The translations under genes and the position numbers were made by a program. A DNA stretch of 64,000 nucleotides, taken from positions 1-64,000 of IMG/VR virus record IMGVR_UViG_3300001525_000522; one strand, 5' to 3'. Below are positions 1 through 9,085 of the stretch, piece by piece. The notes beneath the pieces are model-generated. The model was given only the letters and a program-made list of their open reading frames with translations. It had not been told where the DNA came from and ran no database searches. Every line of letters starts with the position of its first letter. Positions within the stretch are counted from its first letter, which is position 1. This DNA comes from a virus. Lineage: Duplodnaviria > Caudoviricetes.

Positions 1-5
1 AAGAA

Positions 6-365
6 ATGAAAGTTAAACCTAAAACAAATGCTTATGAAGCTGCTGTAAATAGAAATTCTACTAGAAAAGCAGTCTCATTCGAGGATATTTGTGAGATGCC
101 TGATGAGGCATGTGTTGTTCCAGGTGTAGGAGGAGATATAGAAGACTGGAAATTAGGATTAACCAACAGTTTTGGACTTAAAAATCCGACTTTTATAGAA
201 TGCTCTGGAGCAGATATGAATAATAAGTTTGCTTTGAAAGGCAACTCAGCTTATCCAGCAGATTATAAGTTTTTAATAATACCTATAAAAGCTTATGAAA
301 GACCAGGAGTAATGAAAGTCATGAAAGATTATGATTGTAAATGGCTTTCAGATTTTAATCAGTAA
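6..365 (+). CDS. Hypothetical protein with short basic N-terminus ending TNAYE-AA (candidate processed head protein)
   Basis: 119-aa ORF co-oriented with the AAA gene; no recognisable domain. Confidence 0.7.
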   Translation: MKVKPKTNAYEAAVNRNSTRKAVSFEDICEMPDEACVVPGVGGDIEDWKLGLTNSFGLKNPTFIECSGADMNNKFALKGNSAYPADYKFLIIPIKAYERPGVMKVMKDYDCKWLSDFNQ

Positions 366-386
366 AATTATTTAAGAGGAAGTAAT

Positions 387-1673
387 ATGAAAATATCTAA
401 AAATGGAAATGACACAGCTAAAAATAGAAGTTTTAGCGCTGCAGAGGCTACCAGAAGAACCAAACAGAGATTAAGTGAGTATAAAAATTACGCAGGTCTT
501 AAGGATACAGACAAAGTAGCCAAAGAAAATTTTGATGACTATGCTCTCAACAGATTAAGCAGGCAGTATTCAATTCCTGTAGAAGCTCTGAAGAAAGAAT
601 TGTTGGCTACAGAGGCTGTGAGTGCAAAAACATTGGAAGATGTGGCAAATGCAAAAGCAGACATAGAGAATCCTAATGTAGTAAAAGAAACAGGCCAAAT
701 AGAAAATATTTTAGATTGGGCTTTAGACTATAACTTGGAGCAGAAAGAAGCTGGTCTTAATAATTATCAGAATGTTCTTTTAATTGGTGAAGCTGGTACA
801 GGTAAATCTTCAAGAGTTAAAGCTTGGGCGAAAGCTAATAATATAAATTTAGTTACCGTACGTGCAGCAGGAATGGATGATACTGATTTAGGTGGTGCAA
901 TGGGTATTTCTAAATCAGGAGATACCGTTCAGAGACTTGCTTCTACTGAATTTGATGATTTAAATGAACCAAATTCTGTATTATTCTTAGACGAGTATAA
1001 CAGAGCTCCTAAGACAGTAAGAACTAACTTACTCGAACTTATAAATAGCCATGAAGTTCCTGACCCAAGAGTTAAAGGTGGTCAAAGAGTTTTAGATAAC
1101 TTCTTATTTACTGTGGCAGCCATAAATCCTGCAAATGCCAATTATGATACAGATGTTTTGGATATGGCTGAAAGAACTCGTTTTAGAAATGTCAACGTAC
1201 AGGCAGACCCAGAAAATTTGCTTAACCATTTAACTAAAACTTTAGACCATATGATAGAGGTTGCTAAAACTCCTGAGAGAAAATTGAGAGCTGAAGGAAG
1301 AAAAGCTTTAGCCCAGGCTTTATTAGCTCCTGATTCTGGATTAGAATTTGATTCTCAGGAAGATGTAGATAAGCTTAAAGAAGAGGATCCAGATGGATTA
1401 GCTTTGAATGCTAGAACTCTTACAGAATTAATTATGGGTTCAGATGGTACTAAAGCAGACCTTTTAAATAAATGGAATGAATATACCAACCGGTTCAAAA
1501 AGGCTGATGCTAAAAGAATTCTGTCTAATTATATAGACATTGCAGATAAAGCAAATGCTGCTATAGGAGTTGGCGGTAAGTCAGAAAAACTTAAGAAACC
1601 TGAATCAACTTTTAGTGAAGCAAAAACAACATCTGAAAAAATGATAGATATGCTTGATAGCATGGGTTTATAA
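387..1673 (+). CDS. MoxR-like AAA+ ATPase
   Basis: Walker A GEAGTGKS, Walker B VLFLDEYNRA, sensor-1 AAINP, Arg finger AERTRF; SD gagg upstream. Confidence 0.9.
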   Translation: MKISKNGNDTAKNRSFSAAEATRRTKQRLSEYKNYAGLKDTDKVAKENFDDYALNRLSRQYSIPVEALKKELLATEAVSAKTLEDVANAKADIENPNVVKETGQIENILDWALDYNLEQKEAGLNNYQNVLLIGEAGTGKSSRVKAWAKANNINLVTVRAAGMDDTDLGGAMGISKSGDTVQRLASTEFDDLNEPNSVLFLDEYNRAPKTVRTNLLELINSHEVPDPRVKGGQRVLDNFLFTVAAINPANANYDTDVLDMAERTRFRNVNVQADPENLLNHLTKTLDHMIEVAKTPERKLRAEGRKALAQALLAPDSGLEFDSQEDVDKLKEEDPDGLALNARTLTELIMGSDGTKADLLNKWNEYTNRFKKADAKRILSNYIDIADKANAAIGVGGKSEKLKKPESTFSEAKTTSEKMIDMLDSMGL

Positions 1674-1693
1674 TTTAAGAAGAGGTGGCCATA

Positions 1694-2347
1694 ATGGCAA
1701 TGACCAATCAAGAATATTGGGCAAAACAAGAAATTTTAGATAGGTTGGGTGAACAAGGTTACCCAACCTATGCTAAGCTATTGAATAAGTTTGATGTAAA
1801 TTTAACTGCTGACCCAGATGTCATAGGATATACTGAACCTGAGAGAGCGAGGATTGTTCTTAACAAAGGTTTAAATATAGACCAGGTTTCAGTAGTAGTA
1901 AGACATGAGATTCTTCATAATTTTTTGAAACACATGCAAAGAATGGAAGATAAGTTAGGTTCTGATATTTGGAAAAGCAGAACACCTGAAATGATGGAAA
2001 CCTCCAATATTGCTGGAGATTATGAGATTTCTAATAGAGGCTACACAGACGCAGATAAAAAAACTGTAAGAGCTTTGAGGCTTAATGATAAAGTTCTTCA
2101 AGGGTTGGTAACTGAAGACCAACATCCAGATTGGGTAAATCTTTCTTTAGAAGAGATGTATGACAAACTAATGGAAGAGAAAAAGAAGGAAGAAAATAAG
2201 CTTAAGCAGGACCTTGAGAAAAATAGAGGTACTGATACTGTCAAAGGTTATAATGATTTTGTAAAAGAATTCAATTCAGGAAATATTTCTCCTGAAATTC
2301 TGGCAGAATTGGAAAAATTGGTTAAGGAGCTGGCAGATAATGGATAA
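1694..2347 (+). CDS. Putative zinc metallopeptidase (HExxH) of the MoxR/vWA-associated type
   Basis: VVRHEILH motif then NIAGDYEIS; lies between AAA and vWA genes; start moved to ATG 1694 after agagg SD. Confidence 0.75.
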   Translation: MAMTNQEYWAKQEILDRLGEQGYPTYAKLLNKFDVNLTADPDVIGYTEPERARIVLNKGLNIDQVSVVVRHEILHNFLKHMQRMEDKLGSDIWKSRTPEMMETSNIAGDYEISNRGYTDADKKTVRALRLNDKVLQGLVTEDQHPDWVNLSLEEMYDKLMEEKKKEENKLKQDLEKNRGTDTVKGYNDFVKEFNSGNISPEILAELEKLVKELADNG

Positions 2348-3626
2348 AGGGTTTAATGAAAAATTAACTGAGTTGTTTCCAGGTTTAAAAGAAAAATCTG
2401 CAGATTATTTAAGAGGTTTTGGAGCAGCGGTACAGAGTTTATTTAATGTAACCGATCAAATGTTACCGGGAAGTGGTGGTTCTATGTCAATGGACCCAGA
2501 TAATCCTCCTACAGCTAGAGCTAGAAATGTGCAAAGCAGCGGTAGCAGTTCGAAAGATTTATTTGACCGTTTTAATGATAATAATAAAAAGCAGTCAGAT
2601 GATGATACAGATTCTGATGACAAATCTACTGATGCTAAAGGTAAGTCTAAGCCAAAACAGACTCCTAGAATTGGTGATAAAGGAGACCAGGCTATTCAAG
2701 AAGCTGAAGACCTTGAAAGAAGGGCTAATGCGGTAACAGATGATGCAGGAGAACTGATAGAAGATGCCAAAGGAGCTGGAGACACAAATACTGCAGATAA
2801 ATTGGAAGATGCTAAGGATAAAGCAGAAAAAATAGGCGAGGCTGCAGGTGACATATCTGATAAATTAACAGAAGATAATAAAAAGGGCGAAGTTAAAAGC
2901 CGTGGTAAAAAAGCTTTAGGCGATCCTAAGAAAGTAGAGGCTAGACTCCAAGATTTAAAGAGAATATTGTCAGATGTTGAAGATACCATGAATAAAATTA
3001 CGTCTGAAACTACAAATGTAAGACGTAAAGAAAAAATGGCAGTTGGAGATAAGGCAGCCCAGAAATATAAGAGCACACCATTAAATAGATTCAGAGAATC
3101 TTTGAATGCTTTTTTCAGAAGAGAAACTGATTTTGGAAGAGGAAAAACTTGGAGAAGATTTAGCAAGAATTATCAAGGTTCTAGCATAATAAGAAAAGGC
3201 ACTGCCAGAAACGTGCAAGGTCATATTCCTATAATAAATGTTTATTTCGATATGTCAAGTTCTTGGGATGCACCAAAGATTGAGGTAGGAAAACAAGCTG
3301 TGGCAACTCTCAATAAATACGTACAAAGAGGAGAAACTAAAATAAATCTATATTATTTTAGTGATGAAATAACCTCTGACCCAAATGATAGCAGATTACA
3401 GAGGTCTACTGCTGCTGGACCAGACATAGTAAAGCATGTTGTTGATACTAAAGCAGACAATGTAATTATAATGACTGATAGCGATACCGACTATCAAGGA
3501 GATTATAGGAAAGTATCTCCAATAAAAGTTCCTGGAATGGTTTGGTTTTTGGCTAAAGGAGGAATTCCTACTAAATTACCTGATTATATTAGAGGCTCTA
3601 AAGGAACAAAATTATTTAGCATATAA
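2340..3626 (+). CDS. vWA-domain protein with long acidic/low-complexity N-terminal half
   Basis: MIDAS-like YFDMSSS, later T (QRSTAAG) and IIMTDSD; follows AAA and peptidase. Confidence 0.8.
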   Translation: MDKGFNEKLTELFPGLKEKSADYLRGFGAAVQSLFNVTDQMLPGSGGSMSMDPDNPPTARARNVQSSGSSSKDLFDRFNDNNKKQSDDDTDSDDKSTDAKGKSKPKQTPRIGDKGDQAIQEAEDLERRANAVTDDAGELIEDAKGAGDTNTADKLEDAKDKAEKIGEAAGDISDKLTEDNKKGEVKSRGKKALGDPKKVEARLQDLKRILSDVEDTMNKITSETTNVRRKEKMAVGDKAAQKYKSTPLNRFRESLNAFFRRETDFGRGKTWRRFSKNYQGSSIIRKGTARNVQGHIPIINVYFDMSSSWDAPKIEVGKQAVATLNKYVQRGETKINLYYFSDEITSDPNDSRLQRSTAAGPDIVKHVVDTKADNVIIMTDSDTDYQGDYRKVSPIKVPGMVWFLAKGGIPTKLPDYIRGSKGTKLFSI

Positions 3627-3667
3627 TTTGATTCTTGAAAAAAAATAGAAAAAGTTTGAAAATTTAG

Positions 3668-3696
3668 TTTACTTTTGTTATCGATTAGTGTATAAT
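3668..3696 (+). promoter_or_regulatory. Host sigma70/sigA-type promoter (early island 1)
   Basis: TTTACT-17 nt-TATAAT with TG extension and A-rich upstream tract; SD aggagagg before 3740. Confidence 0.75.
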
Positions 3697-3739
3697 AAAA
3701 TACGTAAACTAAATTTTTTTTTTCATAAGGAGAGGTTGT

Positions 3740-4015
3740 ATGAAAGAATTTTTCAAAGATTTCTGGTGGATGTTTTTGATGATTGCAGCAAGTTTTATAA
3801 TTGCTGTCGCTGGAATAGTGGTAACAATATATCGAGTAGAAATTCAATGGGCACAATTGCTTCTATGTATAGCATTTGGGTTGATGTTTCTCTTAACAGG
3901 CATGCTAATTACATGTTTAATATACTTTAAAATAGAAGATAGTGACCTTAAGGATTATTCAAGCTATAATGATATTTATGAAGATGTAGGAGAATCTCAA
4001 GATGCTGAGAAATAA
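3740..4015 (+). CDS. Small membrane protein (2 predicted TM helices)
   Basis: Two hydrophobic stretches, acidic tail, SD. Confidence 0.7.
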   Translation: MKEFFKDFWWMFLMIAASFIIAVAGIVVTIYRVEIQWAQLLLCIAFGLMFLLTGMLITCLIYFKIEDSDLKDYSSYNDIYEDVGESQDAEK

Positions 4016-4331
4016 AGATTATGATTTAGCAATAAAATTAGGAATAATTGATGAAAATACTGTAAGAAAAATTCAAGAATCAGATACTTGTGCAGATGAT
4101 TGTGAGCGAGAGGGTAGCAGACCTCTTGAAAAAGAGCTCTATAAACTTCAAGATGTTATAATATGTTTAGCAAAAGAGCTCCTTAAAAGAGAGGAAACCA
4201 TAAAATCGTTACAAGATGATTTTAACAGATTATCTTCTAATAAAGATGAGATTTCAGAATATTGGTATCAAACTAAACGAGACTTAAGTTTGATAGAGCA
4301 AATAGTGGATAAATTGGAGGAGAATAAATAA
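4002..4331 (+). CDS. Hypothetical coiled-coil protein
   Basis: 109-aa ORF, SD aggag, overlaps upstream stop. Confidence 0.65.
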   Translation: MLRNKDYDLAIKLGIIDENTVRKIQESDTCADDCEREGSRPLEKELYKLQDVIICLAKELLKREETIKSLQDDFNRLSSNKDEISEYWYQTKRDLSLIEQIVDKLEENK

Positions 4332-4480
4332 TGGATACTGGTAATGATTTCAAAGGAGTTAAGATTCCCGATGGTATGAAAGAAAGATTTAATAATAGTG
4401 ATACCAAAATTATTATAGTCTCGACAAAAGGTTATAGTATTGAAAATTTAAAATGCAGTTGTAATGTAGAGGAGGAATGA
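4331..4480 (+). CDS. Small hypothetical protein (49 aa, not in ORF track)
   Basis: ATG..TGA fills the gap, SD ggagg upstream; MDTGNDFKGVKIPDGMKERF... Confidence 0.5.
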   Translation: MDTGNDFKGVKIPDGMKERFNNSDTKIIIVSTKGYSIENLKCSCNVEEE

Positions 4481-4481
4481 T

Positions 4482-5195
4482 ATGGTGGATAAAGATTATA
4501 CATTTTTTAATTGCTACTGCCATGACAAATACTCTATAGATTTTAAAGCTTATGTATTAAATCAACTTAGAGATTTAGGTTACTTTAATTGGCTTAGAGA
4601 TGAGCCTAGATGGATTAAAGATGAAAAAGAATTTCTTAATTCTACTCAGAGAATTCCATGTATTGAAAGAGAAATTAAAAGAGACAAAGCTAGAATAAAG
4701 GAAGCGAATGATTTTATTAAGCAATTAGATGAACACTCTGATGAAGAGTATGCAAAATATGTAAAAGATGAGACTGAAAAATGGCAGGCTCAGTATAATA
4801 CTAAAATTCATGATACATCAGATTATAAAACAGAGCGGGTTGAATATCTTAACAAAAGAGCAGATGAGTTTGCGTCTTTCATAACTAAATGGATACCGCC
4901 TATTAAATTTCTTAATATTACAGCAACTCTAAGCAATCAACTTTTGACAGTAAGAGAAGAAGCCAAGAAAATCATGGCAGATAGAGCATCTTCTTATGAA
5001 AATTTACCAGAAAAACCTGAACTGATGTCTAAAGAGGAATATATAAGAGAGAATAGAGAAGATTGTGAAGATACAATTAAAAGGTGCTCAGGGTTTATTT
5101 CTGATAATAAGAAGAATATCAAAAGAATGAAAGAACAAGATGAAGAAACAAAGAAACTTTTTGAGAGCTTAAAAGTATTTGATACGGAGGACTGA
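4482..5195 (+). CDS. Hypothetical charged coiled-coil protein
   Basis: 237 aa, SD gaggagg. Confidence 0.75.
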   Translation: MVDKDYTFFNCYCHDKYSIDFKAYVLNQLRDLGYFNWLRDEPRWIKDEKEFLNSTQRIPCIEREIKRDKARIKEANDFIKQLDEHSDEEYAKYVKDETEKWQAQYNTKIHDTSDYKTERVEYLNKRADEFASFITKWIPPIKFLNITATLSNQLLTVREEAKKIMADRASSYENLPEKPELMSKEEYIRENREDCEDTIKRCSGFISDNKKNIKRMKEQDEETKKLFESLKVFDTED

Positions 5196-5196
5196 T

Positions 5197-5502
5197 ATGA
5201 TGACAGAATTAGAAAACGATCTTACTTTAGAGGCTGAATATGATTTTAAAGAAAATTCTAGCAGTACATTGAATTATGGAATTATCGCCAAGAATCTTTC
5301 AAAAATAGGCTATCAAAAAATAGTTTGGCACGATGTAAAGAAAATAGAGCCGGAAAGGTTAAAATACGTTTTAGGTTACTGTGCTGAAGATGGCACTTTT
5401 GCCGTTGTTAAGTTGGACAATACCAATTGGTCTGATGATAATGAAATTTGTTATAATGTAGATTACTGGGCAGAATTACCTAAAATTAAGATAGAGGAAT
5501 AA
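5197..5502 (+). CDS. Hypothetical phage protein (DUF551-like WHDVK...YWAELP)
   Basis: W...P...YW.ELP pattern; ATG 5197 after ggagg. Confidence 0.55.
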   Translation: MMTELENDLTLEAEYDFKENSSSTLNYGIIAKNLSKIGYQKIVWHDVKKIEPERLKYVLGYCAEDGTFAVVKLDNTNWSDDNEICYNVDYWAELPKIKIEE

Positions 5503-5505
5503 ATT

Positions 5506-5841
5506 ATGTTTGTAGTAAGTATAAAGAGGCTGTTTGATTACTCAGGAAATAGATTAGAAAAACCAGAATATGAATATTTTGGTTATGATAGATACGCCGG
5601 TTCTTTTAGTACTGGCTATCCTACTTGGGAGAGTTTTTATCATGCGGAAACCTTTAAAACTGCTGAAGAAGCTAAGAAGACCTATATGGAAAATTTACAC
5701 ATTCTTACATGTAGTTGGAAAGACTATGATAGAGACAGTATAAGAATTTGCGAAATTAAATTTAAGCCGGTAGAAAAATTACCTTGGAAGGGTAATTATA
5801 ATCCTTGTGAGAAATATGATAGATGGGTATTGTTGGAATAA
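5506..5841 (+). CDS. Hypothetical protein
   Basis: 111-aa ORF with SD. Confidence 0.65.
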   Translation: MFVVSIKRLFDYSGNRLEKPEYEYFGYDRYAGSFSTGYPTWESFYHAETFKTAEEAKKTYMENLHILTCSWKDYDRDSIRICEIKFKPVEKLPWKGNYNPCEKYDRWVLLE

Positions 5842-5904
5842 TCCTATAAAGTGTAAATTAGCCTGGGAATAATGGCTTAAAAGTGAGGTAAAAGTAAAAA
5901 GACT

Positions 5905-6222
5905 ATGATTAAAATTTGGGTTGATGATATAAGACCGGCACCAAATGGTTACTATTGGGTTAAAACTGTTGATGTTTGTAAATATTTATTGCTACATCAC
6001 AGGTGTCCAACTGCACTGGGTGTTAGGTATACTATAGAAGAAATATCTCTCGATCATGATGCAGGCGACTATTTCCAATATGGAGGAGATTATATTAAAG
6101 TATTAGACTATATGGAAGAACTTGGGATAGACGATATTTCAATTAATCTTCATACAGCAAATCCAGTTGGAAGAGAAAACATGAGAAGAATTATTAAGAA
6201 AAATGGTTGGAGGGAAGTATGA
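5905..6222 (+). CDS. Cyclic-phosphate-processing receiver-like domain protein (cREC-like)
   Basis: IWVDDIRPAP...ISLDHDAG...LHTANPVGRENM matches my recollection of this family. Confidence 0.7.
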   Translation: MIKIWVDDIRPAPNGYYWVKTVDVCKYLLLHHRCPTALGVRYTIEEISLDHDAGDYFQYGGDYIKVLDYMEELGIDDISINLHTANPVGRENMRRIIKKNGWREV

Positions 6223-6461
6223 AAAATTATTATATTATTTCTCACCGTACACCTAAATTAACTTTCAAAGATATTAGAATTGCAGAATCATTTGATAAAG
6301 CTTTGGATGTAATTAAAAACACTAAAGACTATACAGGTAAAGAAGGTAATGGTAAAATCACTTTGATAAATGAAAACTTTGAGGAGTTATTTTCATGGTA
6401 CTATATAGATAATATACTAGTAACAAAATTTGACCACCTGGAGAACAAGAAGGTAATGTGA
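6219..6461 (+). CDS. Hypothetical protein
   Basis: ATGA overlap with the upstream stop fixes the start at 6219. Confidence 0.55.
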   Translation: MKNYYIISHRTPKLTFKDIRIAESFDKALDVIKNTKDYTGKEGNGKITLINENFEELFSWYYIDNILVTKFDHLENKKVM

Positions 6462-6661
6462 AATTTTATTTAGATCACAAAGAAATTTCTTTTGAGGAAT
6501 TAGGTGAGTTACTACAAATGACAACCGACAGAGAAAATCATATCATTACAGAAATAACACTGCATTATATAGATAAAGATGCTATATATTTTTATACTAA
6601 AAAGGAGCATTATACTGTAGCAGATGATAGTAAAGAGGGTAAGTATTACACTGAATGTTAA
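6458..6661 (+). CDS. Hypothetical protein
   Basis: GTGA overlap, 67 aa. Confidence 0.5.
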   Translation: MKFYLDHKEISFEELGELLQMTTDRENHIITEITLHYIDKDAIYFYTKKEHYTVADDSKEGKYYTEC

Positions 6662-6765
6662 TTTTTATCCTGATTATGAATTCAGCTAGCATGATTTAAG
6701 TATGTCATTATGAGAAAACTAAAGGTAGAATTACCAAAATTTGAAGGTTATGGAAGTCGAGGTTT

Positions 6766-7134
6766 ATGATAATATATTTAGATATAAATCCCAATATTTC
6801 CTTATATAAAGGTGAATATTATGTTATGGGAACTAAAGAAGTATTAAAAGAAGTTACAGAATTTAAAGACGATTCTTTATATGGAGATAAATCGAAATAT
6901 TTGGGTAAAAGTAAGGTAGTTGCAGAAAACTTCACCCTTCCAATTAAGAAGGAAGATGGTAGTTATGATGCTATATGTTATTCTAAAGAACTTTTTGATA
7001 ATTTTTATAAAATCGATTTTAAAGTATTTTATTGTCCTAACTATATAGAAAATCAACTCTATATAGATAGAGATACAGAGGTAGATCTCAACTCCCGTAG
7101 AGCCATATATTACCCATTTTTAGGAGAATTATGA
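6766..7134 (+). CDS. Hypothetical protein
   Basis: 122 aa, SD gagg. Confidence 0.6.
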   Translation: MIIYLDINPNISLYKGEYYVMGTKEVLKEVTEFKDDSLYGDKSKYLGKSKVVAENFTLPIKKEDGSYDAICYSKELFDNFYKIDFKVFYCPNYIENQLYIDRDTEVDLNSRRAIYYPFLGEL

Positions 7135-7349
7135 GTACTAAATGTAAATTTTATTCTAAATCAGCTAATTCGTGTTTGTTTTGAGGTCCAGCTAAAGAAT
7201 GTCCATGTCAGGATGACTTCAGTAAATGTAATTGTTTTGAGTCAGATGAACGAATCGAATATGGTACTTTGGAAATACGTGAAGATTCTAAAGATGAAGG
7301 TAGAATTCAATTACCTAAATATTCTGCAAGGATTAAAATTGGTAATTAG
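7131..7349 (+). pseudogene. Cys-rich 72-codon gene with one in-frame TGA (codon 18): nonsense mutation or readthrough
   Basis: SD aggag, ATGA overlap, MSTKCKFYSKSANSCLF*GPAKECPCQDDFSKCNCFE..., frame stays open to TAG 7347-7349. Confidence 0.6.
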
Positions 7350-7463
7350 GAAATAAATTTAATGGATAAAACCTTTACTGATAAACAAATTAAGAATATG
7401 AAAGAAATGTTAGGTTGGGATGTAGAGAACCTTTAATCTGTATAAATAATAGGAGACTAAATA

Positions 7464-7667
7464 ATGCCGGTTAATTTTGATAATATGAATTATGCAGGAT
7501 ATCCTGCTGGTGGAAATAAAAAAGAAATAGAAGTTAAACAAGTTATTACAGGCCCAGAGAATCTTGCAGCTACAATAGCTGAAGTAGGTTATCAAAACGT
7601 ATTAGATATCGTTCCTTGCAATCGTTATGATGGCTGTATAATAATTATTTTATATAAGGAGGATTAA
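7464..7667 (+). CDS. Hypothetical protein
   Basis: SD aggag, 67 aa. Confidence 0.6.
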   Translation: MPVNFDNMNYAGYPAGGNKKEIEVKQVITGPENLAATIAEVGYQNVLDIVPCNRYDGCIIIILYKED

Positions 7668-7670
7668 ACA

Positions 7671-8105
7671 ATGAAAAGTAAAAATCTTAAAATAGCTACA
7701 ATAGCAGTAGAAATAGTTGCTGCAATCCTATTTGTCATAATTGCAGGTATGTTTTGTGCAGAAATGCAGCATCTTTTAGGTGAACTACAGAATGTTGAAA
7801 GACCTTCTCCTGAATATGCAATAATTTATTGCTCAGGAATTTCTGGATTATCCATATCTATGCTATTTTTAATAATCTATGGAGTATATCTAATTATAGA
7901 TGTTGTACAATTAGTTAAACTTATCCGTACTGGAGAATGTAAGTATTCTAATGTAGTAAATGCAATCGTAACAGTTATTTTATTTGGTACAGCTTTATGT
8001 TTATGTCATTCTTGGGTATTAGTATTATTAACAATCATAACAGTATTGGCAAGAGTGATTTTATGTGTAGCGTTATATAGCAAGGAGTATAAAATAGATG
8101 ATTGA
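7671..8105 (+). CDS. Membrane protein (about 4 TM helices)
   Basis: Four hydrophobic segments; SD ggagg. Confidence 0.7.
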   Translation: MKSKNLKIATIAVEIVAAILFVIIAGMFCAEMQHLLGELQNVERPSPEYAIIYCSGISGLSISMLFLIIYGVYLIIDVVQLVKLIRTGECKYSNVVNAIVTVILFGTALCLCHSWVLVLLTIITVLARVILCVALYSKEYKIDD

Positions 8106-8367
8106 AGTTATTAAACAAGGACATTTTATCATGGAGTGTGATAAGTGTGGCTGCGAGTTTACATATAACTTAAGTGATTTAAGTAGTACGGACTATATAG
8201 ATTGTCCCTGCTGTGGAAAATCCTTATATCATAAAAAGAATAAAAACGATTCTGGTGACGAGTTTTTTAAGGTTATAAAGGCTATCCAAGAAACAGGGAA
8301 AGCAGATTTTTCAGAGGTAGGTATTCCTACATATAAAATTTGGAGTAAAGGAGAAAACAATAAATGA
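8098..8367 (+). CDS. Zn-ribbon protein
   Basis: CDKCGCEF...CPCCG. Confidence 0.7.
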   Translation: MIEVIKQGHFIMECDKCGCEFTYNLSDLSSTDYIDCPCCGKSLYHKKNKNDSGDEFFKVIKAIQETGKADFSEVGIPTYKIWSKGENNK

Positions 8368-8585
8368 TAAAAACAATTAAAGAAGGTCAAAAAGTCTTTA
8401 CAAAAATCTGTGATAGATGCGGCTGTGAATTTTCTTATGAATTGGAGGACTTAAATGCAGCTGATTTTGTTCAATGTCCTTGTTGCCATAAGTTACTTAC
8501 TCATATAGGAATACCTGCGACAAGCTATGTAGTATCATGTGATAGCCCTTTAAAATACAATGACAACTTATTATCAGCAAAATAG
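8364..8585 (+). CDS. Zn-ribbon protein, tandem paralog of 8098
   Basis: CDRCGCEF...CPCCH. Confidence 0.7.
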   Translation: MIKTIKEGQKVFTKICDRCGCEFSYELEDLNAADFVQCPCCHKLLTHIGIPATSYVVSCDSPLKYNDNLLSAK

Positions 8586-8820
8586 AGACAAGATAGCAAA
8601 AGTTTTATGTGACTTTCGCGATAAAATAGAATCTAAAGATTATATTAAAGTAGCGGATGCACTTATAGAAGTAGGGTTTATAGATATGCAAATAGTTTTT
8701 GATATACTTCTGGATTACTGTGTATATTTAAAGAGTGATAAACAAGGCATGTTGATGGAAGCTTTTAGAAAAATTTATAAAATTACTTTAAGTCCTAAGG
8801 AGTATAAAAATGGAATCTGA
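8560..8820 (+). CDS. Hypothetical protein
   Basis: 86-aa ORF in operon. Confidence 0.5.
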   Translation: MTTYYQQNRDKIAKVLCDFRDKIESKDYIKVADALIEVGFIDMQIVFDILLDYCVYLKSDKQGMLMEAFRKIYKITLSPKEYKNGI

Positions 8821-9085
8821 AATTAAATATTCAGGAGTAAAATTTCCTAACCATAGAAAGATTCAAAAGCAGCAAATAAAAGCCTTAAAGAAAAATTATA
8901 AAACTCTAAGAAAAGTAATCAAAGAAAGATTGATTTACGGTGCTAAAACCAGAGCATTACGAGAAGTCATAGATTTAAGCAGATGGAAAGTAGGAGCTTT
9001 CAATGAAATAGCATTAAAGAAAGAATTAGAGTCCTTAGGATATACTGTAGAAGCTCAAGGAGTACATCTTATAATATACCTATAA
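8810..9085 (+). CDS. Hypothetical basic protein
   Basis: SD aggag, 91 aa. Confidence 0.6.
   Translation: MESEIKYSGVKFPNHRKIQKQQIKALKKNYKTLRKVIKERLIYGAKTRALREVIDLSRWKVGAFNEIALKKELESLGYTVEAQGVHLIIYL

Noticed and set aside
2696-3166. 156-aa minus ORF and other short antisense or alternate-frame ORFs inside long genes
   Set aside because: Fully nested in well-supported plus-strand genes, with no motifs or SD
3584-3930. ORFs 3584-3856(-) and 3688-3930(+)
   Set aside because: They overlap the promoter and the SD-supported 3740 gene
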